DNA of 64,000 nt from Deltaproteobacteria bacterium (lineage in GTDB: Bacteria; Myxococcota; Kuafuiibacteriia; Kuafuiibacteriales; Kuafuiibacteriaceae), in assembly GCA_040218735.1 (NCBI GenBank), contig JAVJQW010000007.1:160001-224000 (forward strand). The letters run 5' to 3'. Made by a program: the position numbers and the translations under genes. Below are positions 55,514-64,000 of this stretch, in pieces. How positions within the stretch are numbered: the stretch's first letter is position 1; every line of letters begins with the position of its first letter. Under the pieces are notes generated by a model, which had not been told where the DNA came from, did no database searches, and worked only from the letters and a program-made list of their open reading frames with translations.

Positions 55514-56760
55514 CCGAGCGAGGCTGCCGCGGACCGCGCGCGATGCTCATGGAGTACGCGTTGGGCGAGCTCGACCCGTTGAAGTCGCAGCGGGTGGAGA
55601 CGCACGTCGAGCGCTGCGATGGGTGTCGCGCGCTCCTCGACGAATACTCCGCTTCGTTCGGTGCCGCGCGGGACTGGGACCCCGAAGTCCCGGCCGCGGA
55701 TCTCGACCGCATGGTGGGGCGGCTGCAGCCGTACATGGAGCCGCGTCCGCGTCGCGCCGTGTGGTGGGGCGCCGGGGTGGCCGCGATGGCGGCCGCCGCG
55801 GCCGTCGCGATGTTCGTGTTGAGGCCGGCCGAGGCGCCTGCGCCGGAGCCGTCGCCCGGCGTGCTCCAGGCGTCGCGGACGATGGAGGTGCCCGAGCTCC
55901 CGGCGCCGCCCGCGCCGCCGGTCGTCAAACGATCGCAACCCACCGAGCACCTGCGCGTCGTCGCGAGCGAGGACTGGAACGGTCGTGTGAAGCAGGAGAG
56001 CCCGAAGAAGACGCGCGTGAAGGTGACGCGCGGCTTCGCGGTGATGTCGTTCGAAGGCGGGCGCGGGCGGTCGCTGGAGATCGAGGCGCCGGAGGTCTCG
56101 ATCGAGGTGGTCGGGACGCGGTTCTACGTCGAGACCCACCCGGGCGAGGACACCGTGGTCGGCGTGGTGAGCGGCAAGATCAAGGTGCGGTCGCACGGTG
56201 AGGAGCGCACGCTCGAAGCCGGGCAGGCGCAGGCGTTCGGGGTGCACGGTCCGAAGCCGGCGGAGGAGATCGCTTCGACGGATCACCACGCGGACGACTT
56301 CCTCGACTACGAGCCGACGCCGCCACCGGCGAAGCCGAAGCCGACGAAGAAGGTCACGAAGCCGAAGCCGAAGCCCGCGCCCAAACCCGATCCCATGGCG
56401 TCGCTGTTGAAGGCGCAGTCGCTCGTCCGCGACGGCCGTCACGCGGCGGCGGCGGGCGTCTACACGGAGGCGCTCACGTACACGACCGGGGAGATGCAGA
56501 ACGTCGTGCGTTACGAACGCGCGCGGCTGTGGGCGCTCCACCTCGACAACGTCGACGCGGCGGAAAAGGAGCTCGCGGCGCTCGCGAGCGGGAAGGGCGA
56601 AGTCGCGGTGCAGGCGGCGCTCACGCTGTGTGAGCTCGACCGTGCGGCGTCGCCGTGCCGTTCGCGCGCGTGCCTCGAGGCGCTCTCCGATCGCGGGATC
56701 GACGAAGCGAAGAAGACTCTCCAGCGATGGGGTCTCGATCGTTTCGAGTGTGGATCATAA
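55510..56760 (+). CDS. Anti-sigma factor: zf-HC2 + TM + FecR-like + TPR-like C-terminus
   Basis: 'HVERCDGC' (HxxxCxxC), a TM, FecR-like 'IEVVGTRFYV...VGVVSGKIKV...LEAGQ', helical tail. GTGA overlap with the sigma gene. Confidence 0.85.
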   Translation: MTERGCRGPRAMLMEYALGELDPLKSQRVETHVERCDGCRALLDEYSASFGAARDWDPEVPAADLDRMVGRLQPYMEPRPRRAVWWGAGVAAMAAAAAVAMFVLRPAEAPAPEPSPGVLQASRTMEVPELPAPPAPPVVKRSQPTEHLRVVASEDWNGRVKQESPKKTRVKVTRGFAVMSFEGGRGRSLEIEAPEVSIEVVGTRFYVETHPGEDTVVGVVSGKIKVRSHGEERTLEAGQAQAFGVHGPKPAEEIASTDHHADDFLDYEPTPPPAKPKPTKKVTKPKPKPAPKPDPMASLLKAQSLVRDGRHAAAAGVYTEALTYTTGEMQNVVRYERARLWALHLDNVDAAEKELAALASGKGEVAVQAALTLCELDRAASPCRSRACLEALSDRGIDEAKKTLQRWGLDRFECGS

Positions 56761-56785
56761 AAAGACAACGCGGTCGCAACGAAGG
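56753..56785 (+). promoter_or_regulatory. Putative ECF sigma promoter GATCATAAA-N16-AACGAAGG (copy 2)
   Basis: Overlaps the anti-sigma stop codon, 45 bp before the Cys-rich lipoprotein ATG, whose SD is AAGGAG. Confidence 0.65.
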
Positions 56786-56829
56786 GTGTCGAAAGGCGGA
56801 GCGACAGGCTCCGTAAGGAGACGACCCCC

Positions 56830-57588
56830 ATGCAGAACGCAATCCTTCGCACGCTCATCCTCCCCTGTGTCCTCGGCCTCCCGCTCGCGACCGGCTGTGT
56901 CGCCGAGTTCCACGACGGTCCCCACGACGACGACGAGTGGGACAGCTGGCAGGACGATCGCTTCGACGATCGTCAGAACCAGTGCCCGACCGACGAGACA
57001 CCGACCGAAGAGTGCCCGAACCCCGAGGACGGCTTCTTCCTTTCCAACGACACCGCGACGTGCCAGCTGATCGACTTCGACTGCCCGGCCGACCACACGA
57101 AGTTCAACCTCGCGTGTGGTTGCGGCTGTGAGATGGACGAGCCGCCGCAGGTGACGTGCCCGGCGATCGACGACCCGTCGGTCCTCTACGTGAGCCAGGA
57201 CGGCGCCGTGTGCGGCGCGATCGACTTCACGTGCCCGGCCGACAACGAGAAGTTCAGCCTCGCGTGTGGCTGTGGCTGCATCGCTCCGGAGCCGCCGGAG
57301 GTGACGTGCCCGTCCGACGACGACCCGCTGGTGATGTTCGTCAGCCGCGAGTCCAAGGTCTGCGAGGGCATCACGTTCACCTGCCCGGCCGACGCCGAGC
57401 AGTTCGTCCTCGACTGCGGTTGCGGCTGCATCGCCTCCGCGATGCCGACGCAGTGCCCCGACCCGAACGACGCCAACGTCCACTACCTCGGCACGGACCG
57501 CGAGACCTGCGACAAGATCTCGTTCACGTGCCCCGAGGAGTGCGTCCAGTTCGACGACAGCTGCGGCTGCGGCTGCATCGAGCCCTGA
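56830..57588 (+). CDS. Acidic Cys-rich lipoprotein with four CGCGC-terminated repeats
   Basis: Lipobox 'LATGC'; 4 x 'CP...D....y.s.d...C..I.F.CP.....F...CGCGC'. Confidence 0.85.
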   Translation: MQNAILRTLILPCVLGLPLATGCVAEFHDGPHDDDEWDSWQDDRFDDRQNQCPTDETPTEECPNPEDGFFLSNDTATCQLIDFDCPADHTKFNLACGCGCEMDEPPQVTCPAIDDPSVLYVSQDGAVCGAIDFTCPADNEKFSLACGCGCIAPEPPEVTCPSDDDPLVMFVSRESKVCEGITFTCPADAEQFVLDCGCGCIASAMPTQCPDPNDANVHYLGTDRETCDKISFTCPEECVQFDDSCGCGCIEP

Positions 57589-57595
57589 CCCAGCC

Positions 57596-57610
57596 GCTGA
57601 CGAAGTCAGC
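57596..57610. terminator. Short hairpin GCTGAC-GAA-GTCAGC between convergent genes
   Basis: 6-bp perfect stem; no U-tract, so terminator function is uncertain. Confidence 0.3.
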
Positions 57611-59951
57611 CCTGCTTCAGGTCCGGCCCCCGCGGCTTCGACATCAGGCGCCAAGTCACCCGGCCCAGCTCCAGCTTCCCCCACGACTGAATCGCCGCCA
57701 CCTCTCCGATCCGGCGCTGCGCATCACGGTCCTTCACCTCGACGATCACTTCGATGCGCCCGCGGGTCTTCGCGCCGATGAGGGCGTCGAAGAGCCGGTG
57801 ACGGCGCGCCTCGACGTCGACGACGACTTGGTCCTTGGCGATTCGCCAACGCTTCAGCTCGTCGCGCGTCGGACGGCGCGCGCCGGTGAGCTTCGCGAGG
57901 GTGGCGGGGACGAGCAGGATCATGCGCGTCCCCACGCCGAGGCGTGCGTGGAGGTCGAGGCGCATCCGTCGCGGGCGATCGAACGCGCCGCCGAACTCGA
58001 ACGGGAAGCGGAAGAAGCCGCCGCCTCCGCCGTCCATCGACGCGCTCAGGTCCGGGACGTTGAAGTTGCGCCATACGACGCCGTTCTTCCCGCGGACGAA
58101 GTCGACGTAGTCGTTCCACGTCGCGCCGGAGCCGAGCGCCGGTTCCTCCTCGCAGCGCGACCTCAGCGTCGCGACGAAGCAGTAGTGTCCGGGCCCCGGG
58201 ATCTGGCTCGCCGGCCACGTCACCGGTCCGAGGATGCGAGGGCCAGGGGCATCGACGTCCTCCGGGCCGACCTCGCCGATCGGCTTCCAGTTGCCCGGGT
58301 CGGGGAGCGTCGAGACCTCCGACCAGTAGATCTTACCGCGCACGTCGTACGCCGGCACCGTGCCGCGGTTGAACACCCGCAGGAACATGTGGTGGTCGAC
58401 GTTCGGATCCACCGACCCGCCGACGTATGCGTTCTCGTTGCCGCTCCCCGCGCCCCAGGACGCCTCCGGATCCACGGGCACCGAAGTCGCGTAGAGGATG
58501 TCGGGGCTCGACGACAGCGGACCCGAGTGCGCGATGCCGATGTCCGTCACGTTGTCCCGCGCGTACGCGTCGCCCAGCTCGTACGTCGGGAACTGGTTTG
58601 CGATGATCGCGCCGAGGTTCGGCTGCACGCCGATCTTCGGGAACGGCCACGCCGTGGAGCCGACCGCCGCCGTGTTGAGCGTCGGGTCGGACAGCAGCGT
58701 GCGAAGCTGCGACGGTGAGTACGGCACGCCGTCGAACGCCTTCTTGATCGACTGCAGCGCCACCGCGACGCCACCGATGATCGAAGACGCCGATGACGTC
58801 CCCTGGAACTCGGCGGTGTTCCAGGTCATGCCGTTGTGCGCCGACGCCTCGACGCCCAGCGCCCACGAGAACACCGTGACCCGCGCGCCGTAGTTGGAGT
58901 CCTGCCACTGATGGAGCGGCACGACGTCGAAGGTCGTCGGGTCGAGCCAACCCGAGCCGCCCACGATGATCGCCTTCGAGTCCGCGTGCCCCGCGGTCGG
59001 GTGCAGCACCGGCGCTCCGCCGAACGTGAGCCAGTCCAGATCGTCGCCCTCGTTGCCGGCCGCCTCCACGACGATGATCCCGAGCCCCGTCAGCGACACG
59101 ATCGCGGCGTAGACACTCGGGTCCATCTCCACCGGCCCACCGTTGATGACCAGCGCGAGCGGGATGACGACCACGTCGCCGGGTTGCAGCGTCGACGCCG
59201 CGGCGGTCATCGCGGCGACCATCGCCGACTCCGAGGTCACCGTCGCGGCGCGCGGGTTCGAGACCTGCGGAGCGACACCCACGGCGTAGCTGCCGTCGAC
59301 CTGCGCGAAGCCCGTCCCCGCGGCCTGCGTGCCGTGGTCGCCGCTGGTGGTTCCGGAGGTCGCGAACCCGGTGAGGAACGAGAAGTGTGACAGGTCCGGG
59401 TGTCCGCCTCCGGACTCCAGCCCCTGCCAACCGCCCGCGTCGAGGACGAGGCACTGCGCGCCTTCGCCCAGCCCGCCGGGGACACACCAGGCCGTGTACG
59501 CGTCCACGCCCGCGTCCGGCGCGGCCGGTTTGAGGTGCACCTGGTTCGCGAGGACGGTGTCCGAGAATGGTATCGGCAGCGCCGCCGGTTTCAGGCCCTC
59601 CTGCGCGAACGCCTGTGCGACCAAGGAGTCGTTGCGGATGACGTCGACGATGTCGTCGAGGTTGCGGTCGGTCGCGACGTCGAAGATCGCGTAGCGCGCG
59701 ACGCGCGTCGTGGCTTCGATGACGTCGAGGGGGGCGCCGGCGGCTTGGCGGGGCGACTGCCGTATGCGTTGGCGCGCGAGGTCGCGCATCGCCTTCACTT
59801 CGTCGCGGTTCTCGACCAGGAACGTTCCGCTCAGGACGCCGTACGGCTTCAGCTTCTGGACGAGGCGATCGATCACCTCCCGGAGCCCTTGCTCCTCGTT
59901 CGGGTCGTCCACCTCGCGCAGCAACGCGGCGACCGCCGTTCCCTTCACCAT
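57606..59951 (-). CDS. Divergent S8 subtilase with C-terminal beta-rich domains
   Basis: Triad 'LVLDAG', 'DHGTQAAG', 'FQGTSSAS'; oxyanion 'EAAGNEG'; C-terminal 'YARDNVTDIG...SSPDI', 'GHYC', 'WRN'. No clear signal peptide. Confidence 0.85.
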   Translation of the reverse strand: MVKGTAVAALLREVDDPNEEQGLREVIDRLVQKLKPYGVLSGTFLVENRDEVKAMRDLARQRIRQSPRQAAGAPLDVIEATTRVARYAIFDVATDRNLDDIVDVIRNDSLVAQAFAQEGLKPAALPIPFSDTVLANQVHLKPAAPDAGVDAYTAWCVPGGLGEGAQCLVLDAGGWQGLESGGGHPDLSHFSFLTGFATSGTTSGDHGTQAAGTGFAQVDGSYAVGVAPQVSNPRAATVTSESAMVAAMTAAASTLQPGDVVVIPLALVINGGPVEMDPSVYAAIVSLTGLGIIVVEAAGNEGDDLDWLTFGGAPVLHPTAGHADSKAIIVGGSGWLDPTTFDVVPLHQWQDSNYGARVTVFSWALGVEASAHNGMTWNTAEFQGTSSASSIIGGVAVALQSIKKAFDGVPYSPSQLRTLLSDPTLNTAAVGSTAWPFPKIGVQPNLGAIIANQFPTYELGDAYARDNVTDIGIAHSGPLSSSPDILYATSVPVDPEASWGAGSGNENAYVGGSVDPNVDHHMFLRVFNRGTVPAYDVRGKIYWSEVSTLPDPGNWKPIGEVGPEDVDAPGPRILGPVTWPASQIPGPGHYCFVATLRSRCEEEPALGSGATWNDYVDFVRGKNGVVWRNFNVPDLSASMDGGGGGFFRFPFEFGGAFDRPRRMRLDLHARLGVGTRMILLVPATLAKLTGARRPTRDELKRWRIAKDQVVVDVEARRHRLFDALIGAKTRGRIEVIVEVKDRDAQRRIGEVAAIQSWGKLELGRVTWRLMSKPRGPDLKQG

Positions 59952-60124
59952 CGCTCCCCCTCCGCGGACGAGGTTGTGGCGTCCGCGCGGCGCGGAGAAT
60001 ACGCGAGCCTCCCCGTGCGCGCAAAACGGTGAGCGACGCCCGAAGTACGCCGCGCGGGGCGAATTCTGCCTCGACCGATCGCCGGGTTTCGTTCGCGTCC
60101 CGCGCGCCGTAGCGTCCCGGCGTC

Positions 60125-61897
60125 ATGCGTGTGCCGGCCTCGATCCTCCTCGCGACGCTCGCCACTTGGGCCGGCGAAGCCCGCGCCGAGCCGCGCGTCG
60201 TCGCCGTCCTCTACTTCGACAACAACACCGGCAAGGCCGACTACGACGTCCTGCAAAAGGGGCTCGCGGACATGATGGTCACGGACCTGTCGTCGGTGGC
60301 GGGGCTGCAGGTGGTGGAGCGCGACAAGTTGGAGTCGTTGCTCGGTGAGCTCGCTCTGCAGAAGTCGAAGTACTTCGACGCGAAGACCGCGGTGAAGATC
60401 GGGCGCGGCCTCGGCGCGAAGTTCGCAGTGACCGGCGCGCTCGCTGCGATCGATCCGCAGATGCGCATCGACATCCGGATGGTCGAGATCGCGACGGGGA
60501 AGATCGTCGTCGCGGACAAGGTCGTGGGCAACAAGGACAAACTCTTCGAGCTGCAGGCGGAGCTCGTCGAGCGCTTCGTCGCCGGGCTCGAGGTGAAGGC
60601 GCCGCCGCGCCGGAAGGTGGGCGGGGTGCCGAACGTCGAGTCGTTGCTCGAGTACAGCAAGAGCGTCGACCTCGCCGACCAGGGCGACGTCGCGAGCGCG
60701 ACCGCGCGCATGAAGGCGCTCGTTCGTAAACACCCGACGTTCGTCCTCGCGCGCGCGAAACAAGCCGAGATGGTGAAGCGCCTCGCCGCCGCGAAGGAGA
60801 AGCGCACGCAGGCGATCCAGCAGAGCGGCATGTCGCTCGAGCGCCGCGCCTCCGCGCACCTCGAGAGCAACGCGCTCCCGCTCGACGACGAGATGAAGGC
60901 GCGTCACCACCTGATGTATCGCGTGGTGCTCGGGTGGTTCCTCGCGCGTGCGCTCGATCCCCACGTCGCGGCGACGAACGTTCGGTACGTCATCCCCGGC
61001 CACGAAGCGGCGGTCGAACGCATCATGGGCGCGCTCCGCGTGAACGCGGAGAAACTCATCGAGGAGGAGGACCGCTACGCGAAGAAGTTCACGAAGAAGC
61101 TCTCCACCGGGCAGATGCACCTCAACACCGACGTGCGCCTCCCGCAGGAGCTCTACGCGGAGGCGCAGAAGTTCGGCGTCCCGGCCTACTCGAACGTGTC
61201 ACCGGTGACGGCGCGTAAGGCGCTCGCGTCGTTGCTGTTGTTCGGCGCCGTGCACGACGGCAAGGATCGTCACGTCATCGCGCCGGTCCCGGCGACGCTG
61301 CACCCCGAGCTGGAGAAACAGGGCTTCGCTGCGCTCGAGGCGGCGTACCGCCTCGGCAAGGCGGCGCTGACGGCGCAACCTCACTTGCAGTACGAAGTGA
61401 TCGACACGATGTCCTCCCACGCCGACGCGCTCCTCGCGCGCGAGCGCACCGAGGAGGCGATCGGGAAGCTCCAGCAGATCCTCGACGAGTTCCCGACGTC
61501 GCCGCAGTACGCGCGCGTCGAGAAGCGCATCCAGGTCGAGCTCGGGATGGCCTACGACCACTACCGCTCGCGCTACGCCGGGTTCGTGAAGGCGTTCGAG
61601 ACCTGCGAGGACATGGAGTTTCGGAAGGGCTTCGACAGCTACCTCGGCGGCCGTGTTGCGCTGTACGGGCGCGCCGCGGTCGAGGACACCGTGGCGCGCA
61701 TCGAGAAGGCCTGCCGGAGCAACGGGAAGCTGCGGGATCATTTCTGGGCGTTTGTGTACATTCACGCCGGCCTGTACGGCGGGACGCGCGGGGACTGCGC
61801 GTTGTTCGAGTCGATGGCGAAGAAATACCTCGCGGCGAACGGGTCCCCGACGGACCTGGCGGGGTACCGCAAGAACTACCTGAAGAAGTGCAAGTGA
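60125..61897 (+). CDS. Secreted CsgG/FlgO(TolB-N)-like domain protein with TPR-like helical C-terminus
   Basis: Signal 'ARA/EP'; 'VAVLYFDN', 'GLADMMVTDL', 'VVERDKL', 'TAVKIGRGLGA', 'RIDIRMVEIATG'. Confidence 0.8.
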   Translation: MRVPASILLATLATWAGEARAEPRVVAVLYFDNNTGKADYDVLQKGLADMMVTDLSSVAGLQVVERDKLESLLGELALQKSKYFDAKTAVKIGRGLGAKFAVTGALAAIDPQMRIDIRMVEIATGKIVVADKVVGNKDKLFELQAELVERFVAGLEVKAPPRRKVGGVPNVESLLEYSKSVDLADQGDVASATARMKALVRKHPTFVLARAKQAEMVKRLAAAKEKRTQAIQQSGMSLERRASAHLESNALPLDDEMKARHHLMYRVVLGWFLARALDPHVAATNVRYVIPGHEAAVERIMGALRVNAEKLIEEEDRYAKKFTKKLSTGQMHLNTDVRLPQELYAEAQKFGVPAYSNVSPVTARKALASLLLFGAVHDGKDRHVIAPVPATLHPELEKQGFAALEAAYRLGKAALTAQPHLQYEVIDTMSSHADALLARERTEEAIGKLQQILDEFPTSPQYARVEKRIQVELGMAYDHYRSRYAGFVKAFETCEDMEFRKGFDSYLGGRVALYGRAAVEDTVARIEKACRSNGKLRDHFWAFVYIHAGLYGGTRGDCALFESMAKKYLAANGSPTDLAGYRKNYLKKCK

Positions 61898-61899
61898 GC

Positions 61900-63243
61900 A
61901 TGGCAGACGACAAACACCTCGAAGAACAGATCCGGCGCCTGGAGACCCTCGCGCCGTCGTTCGGTCGCGCGCGCCCGGACATCGACGCCATCTGCTCCCG
62001 CGGACGCGCCGCGGACTACCGCGGCGTCCTGCAGAACACCCGGCTCGTCGTGGAGACGCTGCTTCGCGCGATCTACGCGAAGAAGAAGCAGACGCCCGGC
62101 AAACAGACGCTGGAGCAGCTCCTCAACAAACTCAAGGACGAGCTGCCCACGAACATCCAGGTTCACACGCGGACGATTCAGGCGTGGGGCAACGTCGGCG
62201 CGCACGATCACTCCGAGGATCTGTTCGGCCAGGGCGTGGAGTTCTCCCGCGACGAGGCGCTCGCGAGCCTCAACTCGCTGATCGTCGTGTTGGAGTGGTA
62301 CCTCGCCGCGCACCTCGACGGCGGGGCTTCGGTGCCGCAGCCGCCGGCGTCCGCGTCGGGGCCCGCGAAGCCGGCGGCGCCCTCGTCGGGCGGCGGTTCG
62401 AAGATGGTCGCGATCGCCGGAGGTGTGGTGGTGCTCGCGGTGGCCGGCGCCGTCGCCTTGAACCTGATGGGCGGCGATCCGGACCCGGTCGAAGAGAAGG
62501 TCGACCTCGCGTCGCTCGACCGGGCCTACGACGCCGCGAAACAGCCGGCGCCACCCGCGACGTGCCGCACGAAGTCCGCGGCCGAGGCGAAGAACCTCGT
62601 CCAGGCGATGGGGCTCCTCGCCGACGGTCGTTCGCGTGGCGCGCGCGCCGAGGACGACCAGGCGCGCAAGCTGCTCGAGCCGCACGCCGAGCAGAGCCCG
62701 TCCGCCGAGCTGTGGGGGGTGCTCGCGCGCGCGCGGCTGTACACCGGCGCCGACTCCGCGTTGGTGCTCGACGCGGTCGACCACGCGACGAAGGTCTGTC
62801 CGAGCTGGGCGGAGCCGCACAACCTGAAAGGCAACTTGCACGTGGTCGAAAACGATCTCGACGCGGCGAAGAACGCGTACCTGCGCGCGGCGAAGGCGGC
62901 GCCGCATTACTTGGCGCCGCGGTTCAACCTGGGGCTCGTGCTGCTGAAGTCCGGCGCGACGAAGGAAGCGATCGCGGAGCTCGACGCGGTGATCTCGCAG
63001 GACCCGGACTTCGACGTCGCCTACGGCGCACGCGGCCGCGCGCGGTTGGTCGACCAACAGACCGACGCGGCGATCGCGGATCTCGAGGAGGCGCTCCGCC
63101 GCAACCCGAAGGACGGCGCCACCGCGATGGTCCTCGGGCAGGCGCTGCGTCAGAAGGGCGAAGCCGAGAAGTCCAACGTCTACTTCTGTCAGGCGAGCCG
63201 GCTCGGCGTCCCCGGTGCGGAGTCGCTCTGCAGCACCGAGTGA
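61900..63243 (+). CDS. DUF4145(HEPN-like)-TM-TPR protein
   Basis: 'RLVVETLLRAIY', 'TLEQLLNKL', 'IQAWGNVGAH'; TM 'VAIAGGVVVLAVAGAVAL'; TPRs 'AEPHNLKG', 'RFNLGLVL', 'AIADLEEALRRNP'. Confidence 0.75.
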   Translation: MADDKHLEEQIRRLETLAPSFGRARPDIDAICSRGRAADYRGVLQNTRLVVETLLRAIYAKKKQTPGKQTLEQLLNKLKDELPTNIQVHTRTIQAWGNVGAHDHSEDLFGQGVEFSRDEALASLNSLIVVLEWYLAAHLDGGASVPQPPASASGPAKPAAPSSGGGSKMVAIAGGVVVLAVAGAVALNLMGGDPDPVEEKVDLASLDRAYDAAKQPAPPATCRTKSAAEAKNLVQAMGLLADGRSRGARAEDDQARKLLEPHAEQSPSAELWGVLARARLYTGADSALVLDAVDHATKVCPSWAEPHNLKGNLHVVENDLDAAKNAYLRAAKAAPHYLAPRFNLGLVLLKSGATKEAIAELDAVISQDPDFDVAYGARGRARLVDQQTDAAIADLEEALRRNPKDGATAMVLGQALRQKGEAEKSNVYFCQASRLGVPGAESLCSTE

Positions 63244-63244
63244 G

Positions 63245-64000
63245 TCACTCGGCGATCGTGCACCAGTCCGGGAACGTGTTCGCCGGGAGGCCGTCCGCGT
63301 AGGGAGAGGGCTCGCCGCGGACGTGGTCGCGGAGGAACGGCCACACCATGTCGGGCATCGGCGGGAGCTGGTGCCCGAAGTCACCTTCGCAGTGGACGAT
63401 GAAGCTGCCGTCGTTGCGCAGGCCGTTCGAGAGTTGGCGGGTGCGGTCGGCGAAGTCGAAGCCGCCGCAGCACACGTCGGAGTCGCCGCCCCACACCAAC
63501 ATGCCGGGGAGCGCGCGCTCGGGGGTGTCGTAGTCGCCGATCAAGCCGCCGGAGAGCGGCGCGAACGCGGCGATGTGCCCGGCGCGGTGTTGCACGAGCT
63601 CGCTGATGAACAGCGCGCCCATGCTGTGGCCGGTGACCCAGACGCGGTCGAGGTCCACGTCGTGCTCGGACGTGAGGCACGCGAGCACGTCGTCGAAGAG
63701 CCGGATGTCGACGTTGTCGGCGGCGGGCGCGCTCTGGTCCCACATCGCGCCGGAGCCGGCGGCGGTGAACGGCGAGATCACCCAGACGTTGTCGGTGGCG
63801 CTGATGCCGGTCAGGCCGGTCCAGTCGATCGCTTGGTCCGGTTCGCCGCCGAGCCAGTGCCACGTGAAGATTACCGGTGCGCCGTCGGGGGTCTGCGGAA
63901 CCCGCGCGAGGAAGCGGCGGTCTTCGCCGGAGGAGGAGATGGTGTTCTCGCCGCTGACGAAGGTCGGGCAGTCGCCCTCGAACTTCGGAGGGTCGGGCGT
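63245..64000 (-). CDS. LpqC/PHB-depolymerase-like esterase, 5'-truncated by window edge
   Basis: Frame is open to base 64000; 'PVIFTWHWLGG', 'DLDRVWVTGHSMGA', 'WGGDSD', 'GHQLP'. Confidence 0.8.
   Translation of the reverse strand, partial: TPDPPKFEGDCPTFVSGENTISSSGEDRRFLARVPQTPDGAPVIFTWHWLGGEPDQAIDWTGLTGISATDNVWVISPFTAAGSGAMWDQSAPAADNVDIRLFDDVLACLTSEHDVDLDRVWVTGHSMGALFISELVQHRAGHIAAFAPLSGGLIGDYDTPERALPGMLVWGGDSDVCCGGFDFADRTRQLSNGLRNDGSFIVHCEGDFGHQLPPMPDMVWPFLRDHVRGEPSPYADGLPANTFPDWCTIAE

Noticed and set aside
1-64000. tRNA, rRNA, IS elements, integrases, prophage genes
   Set aside because: None recognised by eye. The intergenic gaps are short and show no cloverleaf or terminal inverted repeats; a covariance-model scan would be needed to exclude small RNAs.

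Overview
This is a very GC-rich, gene-dense bacterial chromosomal window with about 48 credible CDS. Its gene content points to Myxococcota: a MYXO-CTERM-like protein, Cys-rich and TSP3-repeat surface proteins, a Ser/Thr kinase with a PEGA-like tail, and an ECF/FecR module. In order, it holds: the end of a surface-polysaccharide cluster (SGNH hydrolase, O-acetyltransferase, MurJ-like flippase, methyltransferase, rfbC, cysQ, wecB) interrupted by a DNase I-like lipoprotein and a DEDDh exonuclease; fabH; large repeat lipoproteins; a TraB-like OmpA/TSP3 gene paired with a 1209-aa TSP3/MYXO-CTERM protein; an isc operon (iscSUA-hscBA) headed by a four-Cys MerR-family regulator instead of IscR; a kinase; a five-gene LolD/LolE/LolA-like plus beta-barrel system; many secreted hydrolases; an ECF sigma/anti-sigma locus; and a CsgG/FlgO-TPR plus DUF4145-TM-TPR pair. 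The two strongest leads are (1) the MerR-type candidate Fe-S sensor, with repeated TTGACG-N4-CGTCAA palindromes upstream and a 50-aa insertion in IscS, and (2) an exact bipartite motif, GATCATAAA-N16-AACGAAGG, found both before the ECF operon and before the downstream CGCGC-repeat lipoprotein. I recognised no rRNA, tRNA, CRISPR array or mobile element. All family calls come from motif recognition by eye, not database searches. Several starts were moved from the ORF track to more plausible codons.
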